Shown: positions 24,490 to 36,579, counted from the first letter of the whole stretch. The stretch: DNA of 57,419 bases, filler included, from Sphacelaria rigidula (GCA_964200075.2; 5 parts of 5 records of this genome joined end to end with filler, not necessarily neighbours in it), one strand, 5' to 3'. Notes: a model not told the origin generated them from the sequence alone. Numbers and translations: made by a program.

Positions 24490-25159
24490 TTCGTTGGGCC
24501 CCAATATTAAAGAACGTGCTCGTCAATTGGCCCCGACAGGGGAAGGCATTGGATTTGGAGTTGAGAACAAGACGGGGAACCTTGCACGCTTGCACAGTTG
24601 GGCAGGCCAGAGCGTTGCACCTTTGTATGACTTTAGAATGGTTCATACCCGTATATTCCCACTTGGAATTCCATTGAAGCGCCGAATCCGAGCTGGAACT
24701 TCGAATTGGCGCTCGATTGACTTCAAAATGACCACGTGCATACATAATTTGTCAAATTCGACAAGTGGCCGGCACCTGATCAAGGTTTCACACCCGAATA
24801 TCCCGTCTACGCCATCAAGAAAGGTGATGAGCTGTAGACATTAGTTTCGTGGGAAATTATACCGACCCGACCGGTGTATGGTAAATGGAGACCCCAGCAG
24901 CCCGACATAAAAGTCGCGACCAACTTGCTCGAATCTCGGAGAGTATCCAGGCAAATGCAGCCAATGTTTTGGTTCCGTCGTGCCCACCACGTCCGAGACC
25001 CCTTGGAGGTCTTTAGCGCCAGATGCCACATATGGGCCCTACGTGAACCACGGGATCATGTGGGGGGAAAGTAACTGCTTTGGTTTAATATTGCAGCGCG
25101 GCCGTTGGGAAGAAGTCCTGCGTGTTTTTTTCCAATGATGAGGATTCGTAGCTGGAATA

Positions 25160-25705
25160 TTTTCACGAACAGCGCTCCACGGTTAGTAGCTTGATTGAAG
25201 AACTACGGTGTGTCCGATCAAGCCACGGGCAGACAACGAGTCGCTGGAGTTGGTGGGCAAACTCGTCGTGCTGGTGCTCTGCAGCGGTGCCTCACGGTAT
25301 ACGCGACCGCGGCGCCGACAACACTGGCCTTATCGCCCCCGCAGGCGTTCCCGATCCTGTCATAGCATGTTTTGTGACGGTGAGTACTACGTGTTGGATG
25401 TGTACGTACGTTCGGTGTGCTTGTGAAGCTAAATCTCGACCGTAACACACCGAACGTACGCACACATCCAACACGTCGTATCCATCGTCACGAACATTGC
25501 GGACCACGGGATCGGGAACGCCAGCGGGGGGAGATTAGGCCACTGCTATCGGCGCCGTGTTCACGCATGCCGCAAGGCACCGCTGTAGAGCGCCAGCATG
25601 AAGACTTTGCGCACAAGCTAGGGCGACCGCCTGTCTCCCCGTGACCTGACTGGATAGAAACAACATCAGAATCAAGCTGCTAACCACGGGATGCTGTTCG
25701 TGACA
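25160..25705. repeat. Long inverted repeat (hairpin 2, A'-A)
   Basis: Core arms 25224-25419 and 25446-25643 are homologous to the hairpin 1 arms. Pairing extends into the flanks. Confidence 0.9.
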
Positions 25706-26775
25706 CTTCCATTTCATGTTCTACAAGGGTGACGTGACGAGAAATCCCACCTGCGAATTCTCACCATTCGCAAAATGCCTCAAGATATTTTCTGGACGGC
25801 CGCGCTGCCTGAGGCCTTCACCCAAGATAGGGGTCATGCAAACGAGATACATGTAAGACCCGACATGTAGAGCGCTTTTTGATAGCGGCCCACCGGAGTA
25901 CAAGACGGTGAGGTCGACGTCAGGGGTCACACGTATCGGTGATGCACAACAGCACCGTAGAGTAATCGTAGCCACCACTATCACATCGACTCCTTGCTCA
26001 TCCGCGTCCATAGCTGGAGCTCCCACCACGCTCCCACGGTCACGGCCGGAAAAAATCACCAGACTGTCCCGAGTGTCATCCACGATCCCAATGCCCATTC
26101 TCATTTTCGTCATTTCTCCACGCTGATGGCGAATTGCCCATCTTGAATCACGCGGGCTCGCAGTCATCCGTGGCCAACGTTCCACGTGAACTGACAAGGA
26201 GCCAGCAGCTCGGGCTAGGCATGTATTGAGTGTGGTGAACAAGTGGAAAACACATGAGCAGAAACATCGACCGTGACCTGAGCCAGCCGCGAAACGATTG
26301 CCATGTATAGACACGAGTGTCGACAACAAGTTATGCCTCGATGTATTGCTTCACGCTCAAGAGGAATTGCGATGCAAACAAACGACTGCTGTTTTCAAAC
26401 AAACGACTGCTGTTTTTCTCGATTTTGTTTCCCCCCGAATTCGATGGGCAGGGCCTGGGTGAAGCTGCGCCCAACGGCGTCGGCAACAGCGTCAACATCG
26501 TTGGCTCCTCGAACTACAAAGTTTCTGCCAGTGTTGCCTCATGGATTATGAGGTCCACCTATCCACGAGGCGGGGTGCGGGAGACTGCCTGTGCGTCGAG
26601 CGGGCATGCTGGCAGGGACCATGTCCCATCCGTCGGCGGCGCTGCCAAGGGAGCAGTACCAAGGTCTAACACGGTCGGAGTTCTCGTCAAGACTGCGTCG
26701 AAGGAGGCTGAGCGAGGGCCCGAGGAGGTTTGCGCGCAGATTAACGCAGCGAGGATGGTAGCGGCCCGAGGCATC

Positions 26776-27988
26776 GTGATTGAAGGTCCGTGTCCCACCC
26801 GGCATATTTGTTTTTCGTTGTGCACATTCAGATGCATCCGTACTTCCATAGATTTTGACGAACATCGCGGGTGTTGGGTCTGGAGGCTGCACACTTGACC
26901 CCACTTCGTCTAGAGCACCTACGACAGCGAGCGAGAATACCCAACTGTGAGAGCGCATGCAATGTATTTTCGTAGGTAGAGGGCCACGTATTGTCGACAC
27001 GTTCGAGACAAACTAGATTGACATGGGATGAGGGAGGGCGAGGTTTGTCGCTGCTTTGGTGTCTACCCCTGCCCCGCGCGGACCAGATTCATGATATTGT
27101 GAGAGACTGTTGGTCTCGTGGGCTCTAGCGCCCTACGTCATTAAGGCAACGCGCATAACCCTGGGACCGTTGGTGTTTTATTGCAACAGGTCAGGCGGGT
27201 TCACATAAGCCTCGTCAGCTTAATAAACACCTCAATTTGCGTCTGATGACGTGTCGAAAAACAAGTGGCTCAGAAATCGGCTTGATTCAGTAAGGAGTGT
27301 GTCTACTGTAGGCATCTACTTTCTTGGTACCGCTGTGCTGACATTAGACCTAGATGTCTTTACATAGCCTGCTGAAGGAAGAAAAATATGTAAATGACTC
27401 ACGGGTCATGAAAGGCAGTTCATTGCTTTTTGTCGGGGTTTCATGCATGTCGCAAACCAAGCCCTTCAGCGTCTGGAGCTCACAAACGACCAAAACCCCC
27501 GTTTTGCAGACTGGTACTGTGAAGATCATAGCATATCATCAAAATCAAGCGCGGACTCAAAGTATAGCGTGCAGTGGAAATCAAGGCTACGGTAGGGGTG
27601 CAAAATATGGTCTGGTTCAGGGGCTCCTAACGATTTCAGATGCACGAGAATATAGGTCAGGGCATCCCTGTTAGCAAATTATTTCGGGATATCCCCAGCT
27701 ACATTGGAATATAATAGTAATCCTGTCGTACTCTCACATATTTCATGAGTCGTGTTTTGGATGAGATAATGGGCTCCAAACAATTCTCACCTCAGAAAAT
27801 ATTTGTGCATCCCTATCGTAGCATACACCTGAGGTGCAGCTCGTATCCCATGCTGGTCACAGCCACAGCACAGCAGTACCGTACGGTAGAGTCCAATGCA
27901 AGCCCACCGCTGTGCTGACCGGCTACCGGTTAACGTGACTACCACCAGATGCCCCAATGTCAGAGTAACAGCGACATGTGTTCGGGGG
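26776..27988. repeat. Paralogous block, copy 1
   Basis: Colinear with 33309-34287 apart from the MITE X insertion at 27579-27829. Confidence 0.9.
27579..27829. mobile_element. MITE family X (inverted copy)
   Basis: gctacggtaggggtgca...tgcatccctatcgtagcat. Absent from the paralogous site near 34128. Confidence 0.85.
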
Positions 27989-28063
27989 TATTTAATCGAC
28001 AGCAAGCATAGGTAAACAACAGGCTCATCCATTTGCGGGCACACATGGCGCACAAATCTATTT

Positions 28064-28442
28064 GGTAAAGCTCGGAAATGGAACAGTTATGACTGGCCAT
28101 TATCATCATAATGGTAATAATGAAATGGTCAAACAAACATTTCGGATAATGGCTGCAGCCATTATTTGCCGTTACCAGCTTTTGCCCTTGAAAATGGACC
28201 CAAATCCCACGTCTTGTTTAGCTCTAGTGAAGCCAAAATCGCGTAAAACGTACCCGCGACACGGCGCCTCCAGGGGAGCCCTCTGGAGGCGTCTCCGGGG
28301 CTGCCCCCTCTGCCGGGGGCGCGCTTTTTGACTCGCGGCTTCGTCGCTCGCTCCTAGCGGTTGCGCCGCTCGATGACCAAACCATTATGTACCATTTATA
28401 ATAACTAGTTAATGGTGAGAGAAACCATTTCCGAGCTCTACC
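28064..28442. mobile_element. hAT-type MITE
   Basis: TIR ggtaaagctcggaaatgg / ccatttccgagctctacc. TSD not clean. Confidence 0.7.
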
Positions 28443-31400
28443 TCTTGAAGATGAAAACTACTGTAGACGGCTTTTTTTCCATCTTGGCGAAAGCTAATGT
28501 TCTGGTGACCCCGATGCAGCGGGAAAATAAAACTTTTCTCGAAAACTATGGTCAGGTGGTTCCCCAAACTGATAATGTGCTCGGATTTCGGAACAATTTG
28601 ATGTTTGGATCTTTCCAGAAGTCCTGTCATACGTCAACCCTACCACCAAGAATTGGTCTAGTTTCCGAAAAGCCTTTGGTCACAGCTTTAGAATAAACCC
28701 ACCTGTGGTGCTAGGAGCCTTCAGCAAAACGAGATGAAATCTGAGGGGTCTTTCGGGAATGATAGGTGGTTCCACCATAGGCCACACGACGACTCCAAAG
28801 TAAAAGTGAGCCCCTGAATACGGCGGCCATCACGCGTTGCCCCCCCAGCAGGCGTTGCTGTCTGCATGTCTTATCTGTCTAGCCTATTTTCGTTATACAC
28901 ATCGAGCTGAGCGCGTTTCTGCCCGCATCAGCGTAACACAATGCAGTAGCTGGCAACACTACTGTGGTCATGTGTGATTAGAGTACTGTATCGACGCCGT
29001 ATGGGTACAATACCGCAGCCTCGTGGACGTATTGCTACATAAGATTTCATGCCTGGTGCCTTTCAAGTAGAGTTGGGAACTGGTTGCTGGTTGAGATGAT
29101 CTGTTTGAGCCTACTGACATGACTGGGTGTCTTCGCCAGCGCTTCCAGCTCACTAATGATTCCCACAACTTGTCAGCGTTTTTCCTGTGAGTTTTTTATA
29201 AGAGGATGGATGCTTTTGATAAAGTGCCAATGCTTCACCAATCGTAGGGACTACTACGCCCATACAGCCGCGACCTTTGGAGCATGCAGGCGTGTCCATT
29301 TATCGAATCGGCATCATGTTGGCTGGAGAAATGACTGCCAGATTTAGGTGTCCATCTGCGGACGCTCAACGGGTTAGCTAAACACGTGGCTTCGACCAAT
29401 ATCGTCGGTTAACTCATGAGATTCGTTGTTGTATATTTTAGATAATGCGAATGTGTTGACCGTCTAAATATCTATGCTAGCAAACACCGTGGCGTTCACT
29501 ATACTTCAAATTATTGACCAGTTGTCTTTATTGTAACGCATCGCCGTCTACCTCACGTTGGTATGGACTAATTCACTGCTAGAATGGACATTCTTGAAGC
29601 ACTCGGATAGGCTACCCGATTCCTTGCATAAAGCGCTCACGCTCTCTACTCCTTGACTCAAGTGCAGAGGAGTGCACAACAATCGTTTGCACGGTTTCGG
29701 GAACCAACTCGTTTTCGTCAGGCAAGGTAATCGCAAAGATCGAACAAGTGCTCTGTTTATTCTTGCCTATTCGGCATCGATCGCGAGTTGATGGAGCCCT
29801 TGTTCGACGACATGAAATCAAGACGATTCCTAAGAGGTATGAAGTCGAATTGCACGTTCCTCTTCCCTCACGGGAGGAGGCTCTGATGATCCGGCGGGGG
29901 GCAGCGTTTTGGAGGTGTGAATGACCGGGCGACGCCGCTGGTAAAGTCACGGGGCGGCTTGCTGACCAGAAACGGTTGGAATATGTACCCAGCAGTTAGC
30001 TGGTGCTCCGTATCAATCCACAACCCTACTGTTGATCCGGAGGAGAAGTGGTTCTGATCACGGGTCGAGATAGTGGCACGCATCCTACAAATACCATCTA
30101 TGATGCCGAAAAAGACCAGCTGTGCGCATACTTCTCGTGTGTCGTCATCTCCTCTGCATCGGTAGTGGGGGGGTCATGGGGTCAACTTTTAATTGTTTTG
30201 CAACACGTCCAGGAAACCAGGAAGACAATTGAAATCGCCGATACCTAGCCGTTTGTCGCCGCTGCCTGCTTGAGTGATAGCGTCCTGCTTCTCGCGATGC
30301 TCAGGTATCACTGAGAACTCCAGACCCTGTCGTAGCGTGCAAGAATAGGCTGCCGGTAAATAAAAGTAGTGCCGAGGAAGATGAACTCAACATCCGCGTC
30401 CCTCAGAGCCTCCGACGAGCGCCCGGAAAGGCGTCGTGCGCGTGTCTTTCCCAGCGTCGAGTGGACATGCTCCATAGCCCTCTCTGTGGTCATCATTGCC
30501 AAAGTTTTGAAAAACTACCACGCTTCCTACCGGGACCAGCTTGTAACTTGCCATTACATGCGTACTATCGCTATGCCAGGTCATGTTCCCAGCACAATCT
30601 ACTCACGGATCAACGGAGAGGGGGGAAAGAGGAAAAAATGATGATAAACGTCCCACCCCAACATGTGTTGGGCAGGGCGGGGACAACTCACACAAGTTTC
30701 CACAGGAGCGTCGGATTACGTCTAATATTCCATGAGCCGTAAGCACCGCTGAATTATCCTTCGGCACCGTCAGGCTACTCATGCTTATCGCCTTCACCCT
30801 TGCCCGTGAGAATATATGGTGGGAAAATGACCTTGTATTGCGTCATGACCGCTACAAAGACAAGAGGCCATGAAGCATGTCTACTTGACGCTGGGAATCA
30901 CACGAACATACGCCGTTGCTGAACTTAGGCTTCTAGCTGATGCTCCACTTGGCAATAAATCATTGTACAAAGGGGGCCGAGTGAGCCCATTTCATGTGGT
31001 TTTTTACGGCACCATCTTCTTCTTTTCGACGATCTTCGCCACGTGAGGCATACACCACAGCACTCAGTCTTGCTCCTATCCTGCACGCAACCACATATTT
31101 TGGGGTGGGCGATGGCTACCGTTTCTGTGCTGGGGTTGCGACCTGACCTCCTTGTGAATATCCATTTCAGTCGGTGTGCGGATGGTTTCATGTTTCTTAC
31201 AGCACGGGAAAGCTGGCAGATAGGTGCTTCAGACGACGCAGATGATCATGGCGTTGTTCCCTCTACCACGCCCGAAGAATGTGAAAAAACGTATCCATTT
31301 TGGTCCGAGACAAATACGCATGACACGCGGTGAAGTCACTGCGTTCACTCTCGAAGCACTGTACTTGATCAGGCCCCGCTGTGCAATCACACATCCGCCG

Positions 31401-32134
31401 ACCGTGACAGAAGCCAGCCTTCGCCACCTCGTCAACGAGCATATCCAAGCGCACTTCCGTTGAGGCGCTACCCCTCCCTTGGGTAAATAGCCGGGCGACG
31501 CCTCAGCGGAAGTTCGTTTGGATACGCTCATCAATGTGGTAGCGAAGACCAAATTATTTCGCAATGGCTAGATATATGACTGCAAAGCGCGGCTTGATCA
31601 AGCATAAAACTTTGAGATTGAGCGCAGTAACTCGGCCCGCCTGCCATGTATAGGACCTAGACCATCTTTTTTTGATGATATACGGTGTACTTGAAACGTG
31701 AAGGCCTCGCTGCTTCGTACGGTCGCCGGTGCACAGTGCCGTTCAAAACGGATATGATGCCTCCTGCTTGACTCTCCCTGTCTTCTATACCTCTTTCGCC
31801 GCGTCAGAGAACATTCAAGCGAACCGAAAGCCTATTTGAAGCGATATATTGCCAAGTGCGACTGCCTTCACCACCACACTGCTGCTGACCTCAAAATATG
31901 TTTCAATTGCATTGTCTCATCGGAACCTCATTTTTCAGCCCCATGCACTCGATATCATTGCTGATGAATAAATAACGCTGCGCTCGCGGTGTTTCGCAAA
32001 TGCACCGAGCTAGGTTGGCACACAGTACGGTAGCGCTTTGGAGGCGAGCCTACGATCGCTGTATCCCAAACCTTGCGACCGTGAACACGGTGTTTCGGGT
32101 TAGTCGACCGAACGTCGTGATTCATCGTGCATTC

Positions 32135-32838
32135 TTCGTGGCCACACTGCTCGCAATTTAAGCTCCATCCATTTGCTGTAGCGTAGATGTAGTTAGGAGG
32201 AGGGGATGCTACACAGTCCGGTGTAAGTTGGTCTCCGACGCACCTCCAGAATACCAGCTCAAGCGTAGGAAGGACAATCGCACCCGTGACCGCCGGTCGT
32301 CAGTGCCACTTTGTTACCGGCTGTGCTACTGCGCTTCGTTGAGAACGACCGGAACAAATGCCTAGAAGCTACCAGCCTCCGCCCCCTGCACCCCGCCTCG
32401 TGAATCGGCGCCCGTGAGAGTACATGAAGCAATGCTTGGAGTCCCGCGGTGAATCAGGTCTCGCTACTACGTCACCCCGGGGACTCTTGGCTGCGGCCAC
32501 CAGAGCACGGACGGTCCTTGGCGCGTGGCCTGCGATCGCGAAAGCCATGCCAAGACATTGTCTGGCACGGGAAGGCGTTGCGTAGCATTGATCATTTGTT
32601 CCGATCTTGCTCAATAAAGTGGAGTAGCACAGCCGGTAACAAGATGGCACTGACGACCGGCTGTCACGGGTGCGATTGTCTTTCGTACGCTTGAGGTGGT
32701 ATTCTGGAGGTGCGTCGGAGACCAACTCACAGCGGACTGTGTAGCATCCCCTCCTGCTAACTACATCTACGCTACAATGGCGCAGTGTACACTAACGCAA
32801 GTGGATGGAGCTTAAATCGCGAGTAGTGGGACCATGAG
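32135..32838. repeat. Long inverted repeat (hairpin 3)
   Basis: Arms ~32135-32372 and ~32580-32838, about 90% paired by eye, with a ~200-nt loop containing a small stem. Confidence 0.95.
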
Positions 32839-33308
32839 AGTCCACGCAGTGACGTAGTAGGATGGCCTGATCCACCGCGGGATATTGGCTCCTAGGGTCA
32901 TGATGCTTTTTCAAGCGTTGCTTCATAGATTGTCAGGGGTGCCGATTTACGAGACCGAGTGCAAAGAGCTGCTTGCTACTTGGGTTCCCTATCTCCTTTA
33001 CCTCTTTCGCCATGTAAAAAAACATCCAAGTGTACCGAAAACCTCTTTGAGTGTCCACGCCTGACACGTTCGGCAATGTCACAGGAGCTCTCGCCGAGGC
33101 TGCGCCGATGAAGGCCACGCGAGGGTCTGGGAGGCTTCGCGCGCAGCTTGACCTAGTGGGAACAGTAGTTAGCAGCAGGGAAGGACACTCCACGGGCGTT
33201 GCTCGGCAAGGTCGTCAGTTGATGGCGGCACGGGCGGCGAAGGTCGCTGCCCGTGGAAAACCGGGTCACCCTGCCTGCGACGAGACGGCACGAGGCGCGA
33301 TCTACGCT

Positions 33309-34287
33309 GTCATTCGAGGTCAGTGTTCCGCCCGGTACACTTGTTTTCCGTTATGCACGTTCGGGCTCATTTGTACTTCCGTAGGCTATGACGAATATCG
33401 CGGGTTTGGGGTCTCGACACTGCACAATTGACCCTATTTTGTCAGGATTGTCAGGAGCAACAACGGCAGAGAGGGATAACATTCAATTGTGAGAACGCAT
33501 GCAATGTATCCCATAGGTAGAGGGCAAAGTATTGTCGACAATTTCGAGAAAAACTGGGTTGACATGGGATGAGGGAGGGCGAAGTTTGTCACGGCTTTGG
33601 TGTTTACCCCTGCCCCGCGCGCGGACCAGCTTCATGATGTTATGAGATACTGCTGGTCTCGTAGACTCTAGCGCCCTACGTCATTAAGGCAACGCGCATA
33701 ATCCTGGAGCTATTGGCGTTTCATTTCAACGGCTCAAGCGGCTTTACAAAAAACTCGCCAGCTGAACAAACACCTCAGTTTGAGTCTGATGACGTGTCGA
33801 AAAACAAGTGGCTCAGAAATCGACTTGGCTTTAGCATGAAGTGTGTCTACTGTAGGCATCTAGTTTCAAATTGCCACTCTGCTGATATCATATGTAGATA
33901 TCTTTTACGCTACTTAGCCTGCTGAAATAAGACTTTTTCTGCATGATTCACGAGTGATGGTTTGAAGTTCAGTCCACAAGGTCTGACGGGGTTACACGCA
34001 TGCCGCAAATCAAGCCCTTCAGTGTTTAGAGCTCACGAAGAACCAGAACTCCGTTTTGCTGACTGATAGTATGAACATTGACGCATGCCATCAAAATCAA
34101 GCCTGCGCGCACAACATAGCGTGCGTGGCATGTCCAGCACGTATCCCATGTTGGTTTCAATCACGGAATAGCAGTGCAGTACGGTAGAGTCCTATATTAG
34201 TCCACGGCTGTGCCGACCTGCCACCCATTAACATTACTGCCGGTAGATGCCCCAATGCCAGAGTAACAGTGACGTGTCTTGAGGGGG
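33309..34287. repeat. Paralogous block, copy 2
   Basis: Colinear with 26776-27988. Confidence 0.9.
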
Positions 34288-34296
34288 AGGGCGCGC

Positions 34297-34415
34297 GGGG
34301 GGTACTCATAATCTGGCATGCCGTGATCATAATATCATCGAGGGGTGTACTCATGATCATGCATGCCATAGTCATAAGGCCATTGACCTCGCATCCCTAC
34401 AAAGCCGGGACGGAG
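34297..34415 (-). mobile_element. Two stacked 3' termini of a related LINE subfamily
   Basis: Minus strand ...ggtcaatggccttatgactatggcatgcatgatcatgagtacacccc and ...attatgagtacccccc, homologous to the 34516-34580 terminus. Confidence 0.7.
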
Positions 34416-34515
34416 NNNNNNNNNNNNNNNNNNNNNNNNNNNNNNNNNNNNNNNNNNNNTTAATTAATTAANNNNNNNNNNNNNNNNNNNNNNNNNNNNN
34501 NNNNNNNNNNNNNNN
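34416..34515. other. Artificial contig spacer
   Basis: N44-TTAATTAATTAA-N44. Confidence 0.97.
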
Positions 34516-34589
34516 GCTCCGTCTCGAAAGGGGTGCGTGGTCAATGGTCAAACGACTAAGGCAAGCAACAAATGAGTACGCCCCCCCCC
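34516..34589 (+). mobile_element. LINE 3' terminus
   Basis: APSRKGCVVNGQTTKASNK* then gtacg and C9. Confidence 0.8.
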
Positions 34590-35212
34590 AACCGCCGACG
34601 GGGTATCCTGGCGCAACTTATCGTGAGGTTGGAAGGTGCTTACTACCGTGCCTTCACAGCCTGATGGATCTGGCATTCGTTCGATCTGAAAAGTGTTATG
34701 GGGACTGTAGGTCTGATAAGGCTTGGTTAGACCGAATATGCGCCGAATGAAGAGGGTATAGTCAGCTGCCGTCTTACCCTACCAAGCCCACTTCCGGGAT
34801 TCTCAGGGAAGAATCATCGCAAACCTACCCTGTACGGAGAGACGAGTGGAAGAGCATTGTGCAGCACGATAAGGAATACAAGTGAAGAAGAATCCTCTAA
34901 TCAAGAGAAGCTATCAACCTACCTATTGCGTGAGATTGAGAATAAAGTTTGGGGTGGGTGTTGAGTCGTGCTTTTCACCAAAGTATTTGCACTAGACATT
35001 GACCCCGACATGACAAACCCTCGTTTCTCGCACACGTGTGCGTGAGAACGGTGACTGGGACGGAAACATCGCCATGATTTCGCACGAAGGGTTCTGTGGC
35101 GCTTTACATGAGCACATCCAATTCAAGATGAGAGGAAGAAAGGAAGCAATATTTGCGCTGGTCAGGGCGCCAGACAAGATGCGGCATTTGAGTGCATTAT
35201 TCCCCACCTATT

Positions 35213-35280
35213 CCCCACCTGTTTAGTCTTTGACTAAGGCAAGCAACAAATGAGTACGCCCCCCCACCTGTTTAGTCTTT
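35213..35280 (+). mobile_element. 30-nt 5'-truncated LINE insertion with 19-bp TSD
   Basis: ccccacctgtttagtcttt at 35213-35231 and 35262-35280 flanks gactaaggcaagcaacaaatgagtacgccc. Confidence 0.85.
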
Positions 35281-35477
35281 CACACCAATAAGTATGTGGC
35301 CAAGCTTTCGTTTCCCCTACCGTTCACAAAGACAGCAAAACCTCAAAGGCGGTTCAACCTCTGTTTCAAATTGAGCCCCATTTTTGAGGACCCCTTCTTT
35401 GAAACAAACTCAAACTACTGGCTAGGATTCAGTTGGGTTTTACGTGCATGTTGCTGTTTTTTTCTCCGTCAGTATCG

Positions 35478-35878
35478 AACAGCTGATCGTCGAAATTGAG
35501 GATGGAGCTTTCCATCGAGGATGAGAACCCGAAGTATTGAAAACTTCGATTTCACACCAAACGAACTATGGCTACATTCCCTCACCTACTGGTAGCTATT
35601 GCCACACGAACTTCAAATTCGTTTGAAAACCAATCTCGAGGAATTTCGGCGATCCGATCGGATCACCTACATTCCCCAAAGCTGTTTCTTCACGTAGGAC
35701 CCCAACATATCGGTGATCAGAATCCAAATCTGCACCGCGTGCAATACTTGTCAATAGCTACTAGTAGGTGAAAAAGTGGAACTATATTTCGAAGATTTGG
35801 TGTGGATAGGAAGGTTTCAATTCTCCGGGTTCTCATCTTCAATGGAAAGCTCTATCCCCAATTTCGATAATCGGTTGT
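35478..35878. mobile_element. MITE family Z (diverged)
   Basis: Palindromic, aaattgaggatgg / ctatccccaattt. Homologous to the copies at 38627, 45229 and 50526. Confidence 0.75.
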
Positions 35879-36129
35879 TATTGAGCGATGACCCGAAAAC
35901 AAATGTTGAAATAGGAGATTTGGTCTCAGAGGCAAGAGGGCGTCACCCCCGCCCCTTCTCGCTCTGTCTTGGATCGCTCTGATAGATAGCTCATTCTTTG
36001 GCCACGTAGCTAATAACAACTTGATTTGGGGGATCATCATCTTTCACTCCTATGGGTCTTCGGATAAGTCTTGTCTTGGGGGGAGTGGTTCCTCACTTGT
36101 ATTGTGTAATACATTTGAGTTCCCATTAG

Positions 36130-36327
36130 AGAGTTTCGGAAAACGCTTTTTCGTTATTTCAGAGTGCAAATATCTCAGAATCAGATTGGAACGAAAAACT
36201 ATTCCCCCCCCCGTCAAATGCGGTATCCCGTCAACTTTTCTTTGATGATCTGTATTTTGTTATTCTGCGCTCTGATCCTGAGATATTTGCGCTCTGAAAT
36301 GACAAAAAAGAGTTTTCCGAAACTCTA
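36130..36327. mobile_element. MITE with ~55-bp TIRs
   Basis: agagtttcggaaaac...gcaaatatctcag / ctgagatatttgc...gttttccgaaactct. Confidence 0.8.
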
Positions 36328-36489
36328 TTTTGGCCCAGGTTTCTTCTGTGTCTGTTCATGCACACATATCATACTGTCACGCCTAGCTCTCAGGAAGCGC
36401 AACCCTATCAAACTTCTACTCTGGTGTGGACCAGGGCGTTTATGTACGAGGTACTTGTTCGCCTCTATAATACACAAGGTTTTTTAGCA

Positions 36490-36502
36490 CAACGGCAACG
36501 GT

Positions 36503-36535
<33 letters not shown>

Positions 36536-36537
36536 AC
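36490..36537. repeat. (AACGAC)n microsatellite
   Basis: Directly visible. Confidence 0.9.
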
Positions 36538-36579
36538 AATCGAATGGGAAATGAACTATACGAACTCGTTAAAATTCAA

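Noticed and set aside
27243-27262. CTGATGA-cgtgtc-GAAA (also at ~33786) as a hammerhead ribozyme core
   Set aside because: The helix II closing pair would be C-C and no helix I/III or NUH cleavage site can be formed. Its conservation is explained by the duplicated block.
34297-34589. Inverted LINE termini as one symmetric structure around the gap
   Set aside because: They are on separate contigs joined by an artificial spacer.
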